Positions 39,978 through 49,863 of a DNA stretch of 64,000 nucleotides are shown one piece after another; position 1 is the first letter of the stretch, and every line of letters begins with the position of its first letter. The stretch spans positions 40,427 to 104,426 of the forward strand of contig DCUM01000165.1 in the NCBI GenBank assembly GCA_002327255.1, written 5' to 3'. This stretch comes from a bacterium UBA2214 (GTDB taxonomy: Bacteria; Zhuqueibacterota; Zhuqueibacteria; Residuimicrobiales; Residuimicrobiaceae). The translations under genes were made by a program, and so were the position numbers. The notes below the pieces were generated by a model, which saw only the letters and a program-made list of their open reading frames with translations, did no database searches and was not told the origin of the DNA.

Positions 39978-41188
39978 GCCGTCTTTTCTCCGCAGCGCTC
40001 CCTGCAGACCTGCAAACAGATTTTTTCATAGGCCTGCGCCTTGTGACCCCAGGTGTGCTGCTGCGCGATGGTCTGGCGCGCATTTTCCCCCATGGTGGCG
40101 GCAATTTCCGCATCTTCCAGCAGTCCGGAAATCGCCGAGATCAAGGCGTCAAAATCGCCCGCGGGGCAGAGTACCCCGTCCCAGCCGTCGCGTATGATGC
40201 GCGCCAGCTGACCGATGCGCGTGGTGACGACCGCCTTGCCCGCGGCCATGTATTCAAAGACCTTGACCGGCGAATAATAGAAGAACGGCAGATTGGGATA
40301 GGGCGCCAGCACCACATCCATCAGCTGCACAAAAGCGGGTATCTTTTCGTGGGGCACATACCCGGTGAGGACGACCCGATCACCGAGTCCCCGTTGCTCC
40401 AGATAATGCCGAATGTGAGGCTCCTGACCACCGCCGGAACCCACCAGAAGAAAATGGCAGTTGGGATATTTCTGAACGACGGTGGCGATGATCCGCAAGA
40501 GGTTATCGATGCCGTGCCAGACGCTCATGGAGCCGACAAAGCCGAGGACGGGGCCGTCTCCCAGACCATAGCGGGCGGCAAGAAATTCATCGCGAATTTG
40601 CGGCTGAAATTTTTCGATATCCGCGCCATTGCTGATTACGGCGGTACGCTCCGGATCGAGGCCATGCAAATTCGTGAAATAGCGCTGCAGTTCCCGGCTT
40701 TGCATGACGACAAAATCCGCATGATGCAGCACCCAGCGTTCAATCCAGCGTGGAATCACAGGGATGCGCCAATACTGTTTCTGAAAATGCAGCGCTTCGT
40801 AAAGCGGCGGACTGTCGGCCTCGATGATCACCGGCAAGTTGTATTTGCGCGCCGTTTTGATCGCGGAAAAAAGATAGAGATCGAGACGGGCGATGATCAG
40901 ATCGGGTTTGAACGATTCGACGTGTCCCGCTTCGATTTTTCTGAATTTCCAGTTCTCCACAAAGAGTTTGAGATCGTGTACCAGAAAAGCCAGGTGGCGC
41001 TTGAGAAAATCGCGCGCCGATGCCTTGAGGGTCCCGGGTGGCAAATGGCCGGGCTGGTCCTTGAACCATACCATCTTCACCTCATGGCCGGCTGCACGCA
41101 TGGCCTTGAAAAGCTCCATGGGTTTGATGGCCGATCCGAGGGAAGCGCCATAGATGTCATAGAGATAATTAAAGTAGACGATTCTCAT
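39974..41188 (-). CDS. GT4 glycosyltransferase
   Basis: GT-B with C-terminal LAPYPNLPFFYYSPVKVFEYMAAGKAVVTT. Confidence 0.7.
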   Translation of the reverse strand: MRIVYFNYLYDIYGASLGSAIKPMELFKAMRAAGHEVKMVWFKDQPGHLPPGTLKASARDFLKRHLAFLVHDLKLFVENWKFRKIEAGHVESFKPDLIIARLDLYLFSAIKTARKYNLPVIIEADSPPLYEALHFQKQYWRIPVIPRWIERWVLHHADFVVMQSRELQRYFTNLHGLDPERTAVISNGADIEKFQPQIRDEFLAARYGLGDGPVLGFVGSMSVWHGIDNLLRIIATVVQKYPNCHFLLVGSGGGQEPHIRHYLEQRGLGDRVVLTGYVPHEKIPAFVQLMDVVLAPYPNLPFFYYSPVKVFEYMAAGKAVVTTRIGQLARIIRDGWDGVLCPAGDFDALISAISGLLEDAEIAATMGENARQTIAQQHTWGHKAQAYEKICLQVCRERCGEKTA

Positions 41189-42605
41189 TTCGATTCCGCA
41201 AACGGTTTTTCATTTGCGCGATCTCCTGGCAGGAGATCGCGCCCAGGATGAAGAGCATGCCAAAATAGACCGCGACCGCAACGCCCGCCACCGCCCAGAC
41301 CTGTCCGTCGCGCAGCAGATAGACGACCAGACTCATCAGCGCGGCTGCTATGACGGCATCCCGCAAAAAACGAATCTCGGTGAGGCGGACGACGCGGTGG
41401 AAGGCGACGAACAGCGTCACGGTCAATACCACGGATTCAGTGATCAGGGAAGCCATGCTCGAGCCCACATGCGCCCAGCGCGGGATCAACAGGTAATTGA
41501 GGGTCGCGCTGAGAACGAGTCCACCGATCTGAATAAAAACCAGTTTTCCCTGGTTATTGGTCGCGCCAAAAACACCCGCCGTATAGATGTTCAAAAAAAG
41601 CACGGCAGCGGTACATCCCAGTATCTGCAGAGCCGGCACCGCCGGTGCGAACGCCTGACCGTAAAAGAGGACGATGATGGGCCGGCTCAACAGCAACACG
41701 CCCGGGATCATCGGCACGGCCAGAAACAGCAACCATTTGAAACCGCGGGTGAAAATGCGGTTCAATTCATCGGCAAAAACGCCGGCGCTGCGCGACAAGG
41801 CCGGAAAGGTGGCGATCATCAACACCGTCGGCACCATATTGGTGAAATCGATGAGACGATGCGCCGCTGAATACCAGCCCCAGTATTCAGCGCCCTTGAA
41901 CATCGACAACATCAGCATGTCGATGCGCGAATAGATCGTCGTCAAAAAGATCGATATGCCAAAAACGATCGCACCCCGCAGCATGGGGATAAATTCATGC
42001 AGACTGAAAGCCACCTGCGGTTTGACATATTTTTTAAAGAGCGGCCAGAGTGAAACCAGCAGACTGACCGCCGCCGCGGCGACAAACGCCCAGGAGAGCC
42101 CGCGCAAGCCGCCGCCCATCACCAGGGCAAGGATGCCGAGAAGCGTCGTCACTATCTTTTCGACGCTGAGCACAATCGATTCCCATTCCATCTCCTCAAA
42201 AGCGCGAAACAGGGCGATGGCGAGATCGCGAAAAGAACAGAGTACCGCATAGATGGTAAAAATCCAGATCGCCTCCACGGTCGCCGCATCATACGCCGCC
42301 AGATGCATATAAACCGCGACGAAAACGACGCTCACCGGGATCAGCGCCAGTTTCAGGCCCGCACTATAGGCGAAATAACGCTGGGCACGCTCCTTGTGCC
42401 TGGCGATTTCCCGGGTAACCCACATGTTCAGGCCAAGGTCGTCCACCAGCATGACAAAAAACATCACCGTGGTGGCGAGGCCGTAACTGCCGAAAGAGGC
42501 GGCGCCGAGGACGCGGGAAGCCACCGGCAGCAGCAGCATGGCCATGAGAATGCGCAGCCCCTGTCCGATGGAGACAAAAAAAGTATTCCAGCCAATGCTG
42601 CGCAC
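41169..42605 (-). CDS. wzx: Wzx-type oligosaccharide flippase (MOP superfamily)
   Basis: 478 aa, about 12-14 TM segments, N-terminal block NTFFVSIGQGLRILMAMLLLPVASRVLGAASFGSYGL typical of polysaccharide-biosynthesis (PST) proteins. Confidence 0.75.
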   Translation of the reverse strand: MRSIGWNTFFVSIGQGLRILMAMLLLPVASRVLGAASFGSYGLATTVMFFVMLVDDLGLNMWVTREIARHKERAQRYFAYSAGLKLALIPVSVVFVAVYMHLAAYDAATVEAIWIFTIYAVLCSFRDLAIALFRAFEEMEWESIVLSVEKIVTTLLGILALVMGGGLRGLSWAFVAAAAVSLLVSLWPLFKKYVKPQVAFSLHEFIPMLRGAIVFGISIFLTTIYSRIDMLMLSMFKGAEYWGWYSAAHRLIDFTNMVPTVLMIATFPALSRSAGVFADELNRIFTRGFKWLLFLAVPMIPGVLLLSRPIIVLFYGQAFAPAVPALQILGCTAAVLFLNIYTAGVFGATNNQGKLVFIQIGGLVLSATLNYLLIPRWAHVGSSMASLITESVVLTVTLFVAFHRVVRLTEIRFLRDAVIAAALMSLVVYLLRDGQVWAVAGVAVAVYFGMLFILGAISCQEIAQMKNRLRNRNENRLL

Positions 42606-42611
42606 GGCGCC

Positions 42612-44381
42612 TTACTCTCGCAACGCCGCTTTTTCAGGAGTCGGCGATGGCACGAGAAAGTTGGAGATCGCCAGATACTCCAGATGACCCTGGGTGAATG
42701 CGCGTATCGCATCACCCGGCGAACATACAATCGGTTCTTCGTGCATGTTGAAACTGGTGTTGATGACCGAACTCAAACCCGTCAATTTTTTGAACTCTTT
42801 GAGGATTTGGTAGTAAACCGGATTGTTCTTCTCCTCGATCAGCTGCGGCCGGGCGGTATTGTCGACATGAACCACCGCCGGACAACTCTTTTGCATCGAC
42901 TCGGTGCAATTGAAGGTGATGGTCATGAAGCGGGCGGGGTACTCGTTCTTCGCCACGCCGTGATAGTTCTCTTCCATGTCCTCATGCAACGTCACCGGTG
43001 CGAACGGCATGAACTCGGTGCGTTTGAGCTTGTGGTTGAGCCAATCATTGACCGATTTGTCGCCGGGCTGGTAGAGAATGGTGCGATTGCCGAGCGCACG
43101 GGGACCGTACTCCATGCGGCCGTCGAAGCGCGCGACCACGTGTCCTTTGTGCAGCAGATCGGCGATCACCGGGGCGATGTGATCGTGATGGCTGTACGCC
43201 AGACCGGCCTTTTTCAATTCCGTTTCGATTTCGGCATCGGAATAGGACGGCCCGAGATAGACATCATCGAGCCGCGGCATGGGTTCGACTTCCGGCCACC
43301 CCTGATGGTGGTAGTAGGCGTACAGCGCCGCGCCGGCCGGAATGCCATTATCACCCATGGCCGGAAAGATGAAAACGGATTGGGCATTCTTCAATTCGGC
43401 CACAGCCTGGTTGACGCGGACATTGGCGAAGACACCGCCGGCCATGACCACATCGATGGGGCCGGTTTTCTCCAGGAACTGCTCCACGTGCTGCGCCACG
43501 ACCCGCTCGGTCAGCACCTGGACACCGGCCGCCACATCGGCCGGCGAAAAATGTTCGAATACGCGCGGCAGGGCAGCGCGAAACTTGTCATAATTGGTGC
43601 GATGCGGATAAGCGTGCTGCGCCTGCTTCTCCGCCAGATAATATCGGAACTCACCATTTTCGAAACCGAACATCGCTGAAAACTCTTTGGCCACGTTTTC
43701 ATAGCTGCCGTGCGCCGCCAGGCCGGTTATTTTGCCCTCGTGACGCATGGGTTTGTAACCAAGATACCAGGTGATGAAATTATAAAAGAGGCCGGGGCTG
43801 TGATAACTGGAGATGGTTTTGATGTGGGAAAGCCGGCCCTGCTCACCGAGCCAGACTTGTCCGCACTGTCCATCGCCCTGACCGTCGAGCGTGACGATCA
43901 AAGCGCGCGTCCGGCCGGAGGTGAAGTAAGCGGCCGCCGCGTGGGAACGGTGATGATCCACCAGTTCCATGGGTTTGTGCTCCAGGCCCACTTCAGCCAG
44001 TAACTTTTTCACCCGCTGAAGGCGAAATTTGTTGTAAAAATAGGGATAATAGAACCAGTATTTATCCCAGGTGATGCTTTTGCTGAAGAGACTGGCCAGA
44101 ATCCATTTCCTGTTTTTCTGAACTTTCAAGAGATCGCGATGGACATAGCGCTGCAACTGCGCCGGCGGCATGATGCCGACGGCCACCTGGTCGATATTTT
44201 CCGGTGTGGAGCCGGTCATCTCCATGACAAGCTTTAAACTCAGAATCGGCGCGCCGTCCTCATTGCCATTGTGAAGTTTGATGCGTGAGAGCCGTTCCTC
44301 CTCGACAGCGGCGAGAATCACGCCATCCTCGATGATGGCACAGCCCGCGTTATGATCATCATAAATACCCAGAATACGCAT
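42612..44381 (-). CDS. Carbamoyltransferase (NodU/CmcH family)
   Basis: Start at MRILGIYDDHNAGCAII (ASKHA/YgjD-like N-domain). HHRSHAAAAYF and a C-terminal carbamoyl-adenylate-transfer domain. Confidence 0.8.
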   Translation of the reverse strand: MRILGIYDDHNAGCAIIEDGVILAAVEEERLSRIKLHNGNEDGAPILSLKLVMEMTGSTPENIDQVAVGIMPPAQLQRYVHRDLLKVQKNRKWILASLFSKSITWDKYWFYYPYFYNKFRLQRVKKLLAEVGLEHKPMELVDHHRSHAAAAYFTSGRTRALIVTLDGQGDGQCGQVWLGEQGRLSHIKTISSYHSPGLFYNFITWYLGYKPMRHEGKITGLAAHGSYENVAKEFSAMFGFENGEFRYYLAEKQAQHAYPHRTNYDKFRAALPRVFEHFSPADVAAGVQVLTERVVAQHVEQFLEKTGPIDVVMAGGVFANVRVNQAVAELKNAQSVFIFPAMGDNGIPAGAALYAYYHHQGWPEVEPMPRLDDVYLGPSYSDAEIETELKKAGLAYSHHDHIAPVIADLLHKGHVVARFDGRMEYGPRALGNRTILYQPGDKSVNDWLNHKLKRTEFMPFAPVTLHEDMEENYHGVAKNEYPARFMTITFNCTESMQKSCPAVVHVDNTARPQLIEEKNNPVYYQILKEFKKLTGLSSVINTSFNMHEEPIVCSPGDAIRAFTQGHLEYLAISNFLVPSPTPEKAALRE

Positions 44382-44465
44382 TCCCTGTCTCCTTATCCTG
44401 CTACCATTGATTGTTTTCAAACACGATTCAAAACGATGAACGGGTTTGCCCGTCCGCCCTTCGTC

Positions 44466-45791
44466 TCATCCGCCTCGCGCGCCAAAAGCCGGCGCGCGCC
44501 GGCTTTGCAGCAACGCTTTTTTGCGTTCCAGCAATTTGGCGCGCACGCGCGGATCCGCCAGCAGTTTGCGCTGATGCGCTTCGATTTTTGCCGCCACCAG
44601 GGTGATGCCAAAAACCATCCAGATATGGTTCTTGACATAGAGGTTGCGATAATCCGGTGACGGCAGCATGGCGATGGCAAAAGCGATAATGGCCGTGACG
44701 GCCGCCGACGATATATGATAGATGAACGGATCCTTGCTCTTGCGCTGTTTAAATCCCACATAGAGAAAAGAGGCAATGATCGCAATAAACAGGATCATTC
44801 CCGGATAGCCCGTTTCCGCGCCGATGAGCAGGTAGCTGCAATGAACGATTTGCAGACCCGCGGTTTGCTTGCTGACGAATTCCTTGTAGTTGTTGAGCCC
44901 GACGCCGGTGACGGGATGATCGTTCATGATGCGGATGGCATCCGCAGCAAGATTCTTGCGGCTCGAAGAGCGGTCGGACATCATCGAATCCTCCGCATCG
45001 CTGAAACGATCGATGATGATCGTTCCATAACGCAGCGCACCCAATAACGCCACCACAGCCATCAGCGCCAGCAGCCCGCGCGCCTTTTTTGTCAACGCCT
45101 TGCCGCGAAAAAAATCGATGGCGAACATGAGAACCATCGCACCCGCAAACCCAAGCCAGTTGGCGCGGTTGAGGGTTGCATACAGTGCCACCACGCCGAT
45201 GAAAAAGGCGGCGACATAAAAGGGATGGTATTTGGGACGCAGATAAACCGCCATGCGAAACGTCAACACCGACATCAGCGACATATAGAAGCCGGCCACA
45301 CTGGGATGCACGAAGGTCCCCATGGCCTGCCAACCCCAGAATTGTTCGCCGAGAATGCTCAACCCCACCGGACCGCGCAACCACTGGTGGATGGCGATGA
45401 GCCCTTCATAGAGCAGGCCAAATGCGAAACCCAAAAAAAAGTATTGCAAATCCTCCCTGGTGTTGACAAACAGGATAATGGCGAAAAAAATCAACAGCGC
45501 GCGCAGATTATAGACCAGTTCCTGATTGACAAAGGGCTTGTTCATGGCGAAAAAGACACCGGTGGCGGACCAGAGAAAAAAAAGTACGGTCAAGGCGATC
45601 GGCACCAGGGCCTGACGCGACTGTTTGATACGCTTGCGTCCGAGGATGAACAGCAGCAGCAACGGAACATCCACGATGTGTACAGGGTCCGCACCGGCGA
45701 TGTGCGCTGTCAAACTGGCAAAGGTCACGCCCTGCGCGATCGTCGCGAAAAAGGTCAATAAAAGCAAAATATATTTGGTATAACGGGCCAT
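44466..45791 (-). CDS. O-antigen ligase / Wzy-like polymerase-family membrane protein
   Basis: 441 aa polytopic protein with a large periplasmic loop containing ATLNRANWLGFAGAMVL (Wzy_C / O-antigen ligase signature Arg). Confidence 0.65.
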   Translation of the reverse strand: MARYTKYILLLLTFFATIAQGVTFASLTAHIAGADPVHIVDVPLLLLFILGRKRIKQSRQALVPIALTVLFFLWSATGVFFAMNKPFVNQELVYNLRALLIFFAIILFVNTREDLQYFFLGFAFGLLYEGLIAIHQWLRGPVGLSILGEQFWGWQAMGTFVHPSVAGFYMSLMSVLTFRMAVYLRPKYHPFYVAAFFIGVVALYATLNRANWLGFAGAMVLMFAIDFFRGKALTKKARGLLALMAVVALLGALRYGTIIIDRFSDAEDSMMSDRSSSRKNLAADAIRIMNDHPVTGVGLNNYKEFVSKQTAGLQIVHCSYLLIGAETGYPGMILFIAIIASFLYVGFKQRKSKDPFIYHISSAAVTAIIAFAIAMLPSPDYRNLYVKNHIWMVFGITLVAAKIEAHQRKLLADPRVRAKLLERKKALLQSRRAPAFGARGG

Positions 45792-45800
45792 ACCATCCCC

Positions 45801-47045
45801 TCATGCCGCAAGCCGGCTCTGCCAGCGCCGCCACAGCTCCCAAAGCGCCACGCCGGCAAAAAGAAACAACAGGGGCAACATTGGAATGCGATAACGCGGC
45901 ACCACCAGCATCAGCACATGCAAGGCCGTATAATAGCCGATCATCAAATAGATCAGCAACAACTCCCGCCATTTCCGCCTGCTGAGCCAGAGGCCGAAGA
46001 CCGAGAGGAGCAATAGCGGATAATAGGATAGCGCCAGAACCAGCTGCACCGCGGTGCCGCCCTGGCGCTTGCCCCCGGTCGGCGCCGACTCGTAGATCCA
46101 GAACCAGAAGCGTATCATTTTACGCCCCATCAATCCCAGCGTCGCCCAGGGTTGTTCCACGATGTTGTCAATGGCCTCCTGCCTGAGCCGCCGCTCCCGC
46201 TGCACCTGGTTCATGCCGGCGGTCATGCTGTCCATCAGCGCCATGGTCTCCCCGTAGCTGTATTTGCCATCCAGCGGCAGATAGTTGCCCGTCCACATGA
46301 CATCACCCGTCCCCACCGCGATGGGCACAAAGGCCTCAAAGACCACGTAATTTCGTATCGCCCAGGGGATGATGGGCATGACAAAAAAGAGGCCATAGAG
46401 GGTGACCTGACGCAGTACGGCGCGCGGCCGGTAACGCAGCAGCAGCGCGATGCCGAGCAAAACGGGCAGAAACAGCGTCACCCCCCGGGTCATGGTAACC
46501 AGGCCGGCGACCAGGCCCGCGATGGCCAGCCGTTTCCAGGAAGGCGCGGCCAGAGCGCGCACGGCCAGCCACAGCGTCGCCACGAAAAGAAAAATGAAAA
46601 CCGTCTCGGTATAGAGAAAGGTGTTGAGTACCACCAGCTCGGGCATGAAGAGCGCGAGCACAAAAGCGATCAAAGCCGGGCCGTGGTCAAAGTAGCTGCG
46701 CACCAGCAGATAAAGCAGCCACGCCGTCACACTCCCGAGCACAGCCTGCACCAGCTCGACCAGCAACGGCTGCACGCCGGCCAGGAAATAAACCGCCGCA
46801 AGAAAAAACGGATAAAGGGGTGCGACAAAACAACTGGGATTTATGCCATCCTGGCTGAATCCACGGCCTTCGATGAGATTGACCGCGATCCCGTGGTAGG
46901 TGGCGGCATCGAGGGCCGCCGCACCGCCGATATGCTGCGTCGCCAGGACGAATAACACCCGCGCCACCAGGCCGGCAAGGCCGATGCCCCACAGCGCGCG
47001 CCGGGTGTGCCGTTGCTGCATTCCCTGTCGTATGCGCTGGCTCAC
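45801..47045 (-). CDS. GT-C-fold membrane glycosyltransferase, ArnT/PMT-like
   Basis: 414 aa polytopic protein. First loop DAATYHGIAVNLIEGRGFSQDG matches the ArnT/PMT loop-1 pattern. Confidence 0.6.
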   Translation of the reverse strand: MSQRIRQGMQQRHTRRALWGIGLAGLVARVLFVLATQHIGGAAALDAATYHGIAVNLIEGRGFSQDGINPSCFVAPLYPFFLAAVYFLAGVQPLLVELVQAVLGSVTAWLLYLLVRSYFDHGPALIAFVLALFMPELVVLNTFLYTETVFIFLFVATLWLAVRALAAPSWKRLAIAGLVAGLVTMTRGVTLFLPVLLGIALLLRYRPRAVLRQVTLYGLFFVMPIIPWAIRNYVVFEAFVPIAVGTGDVMWTGNYLPLDGKYSYGETMALMDSMTAGMNQVQRERRLRQEAIDNIVEQPWATLGLMGRKMIRFWFWIYESAPTGGKRQGGTAVQLVLALSYYPLLLLSVFGLWLSRRKWRELLLIYLMIGYYTALHVLMLVVPRYRIPMLPLLFLFAGVALWELWRRWQSRLAA

Positions 47046-48691
47046 TGTGAATCCAATTCCTTTCTGACACGATACAATTCCAGTTCAGGGCTGATATGCA
47101 GATCGTTGGCCGGCGCCACCCGAACCATCAAATCGCAATGCCGCACCACCCAGTCGTAGAAACGCTCTCTCTGCGCGACGCGATCGGGATAGCGCTGCCG
47201 CGATTGCGGCCATTCATAGCGCCCGCGCGTAAAGCTGTCCAGAAGCAAATATTCAATCCGGTTTTCCACCACATAGTCTGAAGCATCCTGCGCCAGCGTG
47301 CGTTGCATGCCATGTGCGAACATTTTCGGCGCAATGCCGTAGACATCGTAGGCGCGACGGTAATCCGGCGAGCGGCGGATGATCCCGTAATTCAAATCGT
47401 GGATACTCAGCAGCGGCGGCGCAAATTCCTCGGTGCCGATCCGCGCCCCCTCGGCCAGGTTCTCCTCAATCCAGGTTTTTAATCGGGTTCTTGTATCAAT
47501 TTGATACAAAGCGAGATCGAAACGCAGCGATTGGGCCGCTTGCGGCAAGAGCGCAACGGCGACCATAACTACATTAAATATCAGTAAATTGCGTTTATCT
47601 GAAATACGATTGCACAGCATCACGACAAACTCAGCGGCAATAAGCAGCAAAAATGGCACCAAAGGCAGCAGATGGCGCATGGCCTTGTAGTTCATCTGGC
47701 CGATCACAGCATAAAGACAGAGTGGAAAAATCAGGACGAGCAGGTCGCGTTTTTCATGGCGCAGCAGAAAGAGAATAATCCCCGCGATGAACAGCAGGGT
47801 AATCCCCCAACCCAGACTGCCGGCGAAAGTGTTGTCATGGAAAAAACCATAACCCGGCGAATGATCGCCGGTGAAATAGGAAAAAAAGGATCCCCCCGAC
47901 CCCAACTTGCCGGTCTGTTCGAATTCGGCGGTGCCGACCACGCTCTGCCAGAAACGCCTGAAATCGATGAGCGGCAACGGGCAACCCAGCAGAAATGCGG
48001 TCGCCGTGGCGGCGGCGGCCAGCCAGAGGCGGCGCTCCCTGAGCCGCTGCATCATGCCTCTGACGAGGCCCTTGCGGGACAAACCGTCGGCCAGCAAATG
48101 GGCGGCGAGAATGGGCAAGACGATCAGTCCGGCATTGTATTTCGTGGCGACGGCCAGGCCCGCAAAAAGGCCCGCCAGAATGTAAGCCTTGCCTCCCTCC
48201 CGCCTGAAAATACCCGCACAGTAATAGAAAGAGAGGGCCACCAGCAGGGTCAACAGGGTATCCACAGTGCCAAAATGGGCGTTTTTGACCGGAAGAAAAG
48301 CGACCGCCCAGAAAGCCGCGGCCCACAATCCTGTCTGGCGTGAATAGAGTTTTTTCCCGGTGCGATACATGACCCAGATGGTGAGCAAACCGGCGCAGAG
48401 CGAAAGCCAGCGGCCGACGAGATGAAAATGGAACGGATGCAGATAATAATATTCCTTGACCGCGGCAAGGCTCGCGGTTGTTCCCGTGATGATCAGGCCA
48501 ATGATATAAAACCCGAAAGCGATTGCCAGCACAAACGCATACAAGGGAGGATATCCCTTGAGCAAAAACACGGTCTCCGACGACCAGTTGTGGTAATCCA
48601 GCAGATTGCCCGCATGATAGACCAGTTTCATCTCATCCGGATGATAACGAAAGGGATCGCCGAATCCGAGGCCGAGGAGACGCAGCAGCAA
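47042..48691 (-). CDS. GT-C-fold membrane glycosyltransferase, PMT/ArnT-like (second paralog)
   Basis: 549 aa. N-terminal loop FGDPFRYHPDEMKLVYHAGNL (HPDE acidic motif), many TM segments, globular C-terminal domain. Confidence 0.6.
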   Translation of the reverse strand: MLLRLLGLGFGDPFRYHPDEMKLVYHAGNLLDYHNWSSETVFLLKGYPPLYAFVLAIAFGFYIIGLIITGTTASLAAVKEYYYLHPFHFHLVGRWLSLCAGLLTIWVMYRTGKKLYSRQTGLWAAAFWAVAFLPVKNAHFGTVDTLLTLLVALSFYYCAGIFRREGGKAYILAGLFAGLAVATKYNAGLIVLPILAAHLLADGLSRKGLVRGMMQRLRERRLWLAAAATATAFLLGCPLPLIDFRRFWQSVVGTAEFEQTGKLGSGGSFFSYFTGDHSPGYGFFHDNTFAGSLGWGITLLFIAGIILFLLRHEKRDLLVLIFPLCLYAVIGQMNYKAMRHLLPLVPFLLLIAAEFVVMLCNRISDKRNLLIFNVVMVAVALLPQAAQSLRFDLALYQIDTRTRLKTWIEENLAEGARIGTEEFAPPLLSIHDLNYGIIRRSPDYRRAYDVYGIAPKMFAHGMQRTLAQDASDYVVENRIEYLLLDSFTRGRYEWPQSRQRYPDRVAQRERFYDWVVRHCDLMVRVAPANDLHISPELELYRVRKELDSQ

Positions 48692-48759
48692 CCCGGCGGC
48701 CAGGATGGCAAACAGCCATTTTCTCCCGGCGCCGATCCCGTCTGACTTAACAACCCTGT

Positions 48760-49863
48760 CTACGATTTTCCACCTCTGACTTTATGGAAGAGCGCCTCGT
48801 AATCTTCTGTCACCTTGTCCCAGGAGTAGTGCTGATGCACCCGTTGTTTGACGACTCTGCGGAAGTGCGCCACTTCCTGCGGATGGTCGAGGATAAACTG
48901 CAGCTGCCGGCGCAGGGAATCGGGTTCCCGGGTGGTGAAATAGACGCCCGCGTCCGCCAGCACTTCGCGATGTTCGGGCACATCATTGGCGAGTACACAG
49001 TTGCCATAGCCCATGCCCTCGAGCAAAGCCGGGTGGGTGCCGCCGACCTCGGTCGCCTGCACATAACAATAGGCATGCTGCTGCAGTTCCCGGTAACCCT
49101 GTCCAAACACATAGCCGGTGAAAAGGATGCGGGGGTCACGGGTGGCGCGCAGCCGGGTGATATAATCGCTGCTGTAGGGGGCATCGCCGACCATGACCAG
49201 TTTCATGCCGGTTTTCACCTGTTCAAAAGCTTCGACGACCCGATGGGCGTTGTTCTCCGGTTCCATGCGGCTCACATAGAGGACGTACTCGCGGCTCTGC
49301 AACTGCAGCCGATCCAGGATTTCCCGGGTTTCGATCGGCGTCTCGGGCGCTCCATAGGGGATGTAGGTCGATTCCTTTTGAAATTTTTCCAGATAATAGT
49401 TTTGCACCTCGCGGGCATCCGAGACGATGGCCGTGGGTAAAAAAGTGGCGAGATACTCGGATATCCGGTAGAACATTTTTCCAGCCCAGTTCCACTTCTG
49501 CCGTTTCCACTCCAGACCATCGACATTGAGAATGACGGGTTTGCCCATCACTCTCGGCAAAAAGGTAAAAATCGCGTTGGCGCTGTTGCAGATGAACACC
49601 ATATCATAACGCCGGAAAAAACTGTGCAAGGCGCAGAAACAGGTATGCGCCACGGTGTCGAGATACTTATGACTGATGGTGGGCAGGATGACGATGCGGA
49701 CGCCCTTGTACCAGGGCGAGCGATACGCAATGATGTTGCTGCGGCCATAGACCGTGACCTGATGTCCCTTTGCCACCAGCCGCGGCGCCATCTGTTCAAT
49801 AAAAGTCTCAAATCCCCCGTAATTGGCGGGGATGCCACGGATACCCATAATGGCGATTCTCAT
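48760..49863 (-). CDS. GT4 glycosyltransferase with a DUF1972-type N-terminal half
   Basis: MRIAIMGIRGIPANYGGFETFIEQ...MKLVMVGDAPYSSDY...EVGGTHPALLEGMGYGNCVLANDV. Confidence 0.7.
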   Translation of the reverse strand: MRIAIMGIRGIPANYGGFETFIEQMAPRLVAKGHQVTVYGRSNIIAYRSPWYKGVRIVILPTISHKYLDTVAHTCFCALHSFFRRYDMVFICNSANAIFTFLPRVMGKPVILNVDGLEWKRQKWNWAGKMFYRISEYLATFLPTAIVSDAREVQNYYLEKFQKESTYIPYGAPETPIETREILDRLQLQSREYVLYVSRMEPENNAHRVVEAFEQVKTGMKLVMVGDAPYSSDYITRLRATRDPRILFTGYVFGQGYRELQQHAYCYVQATEVGGTHPALLEGMGYGNCVLANDVPEHREVLADAGVYFTTREPDSLRRQLQFILDHPQEVAHFRRVVKQRVHQHYSWDKVTEDYEALFHKVRGGKS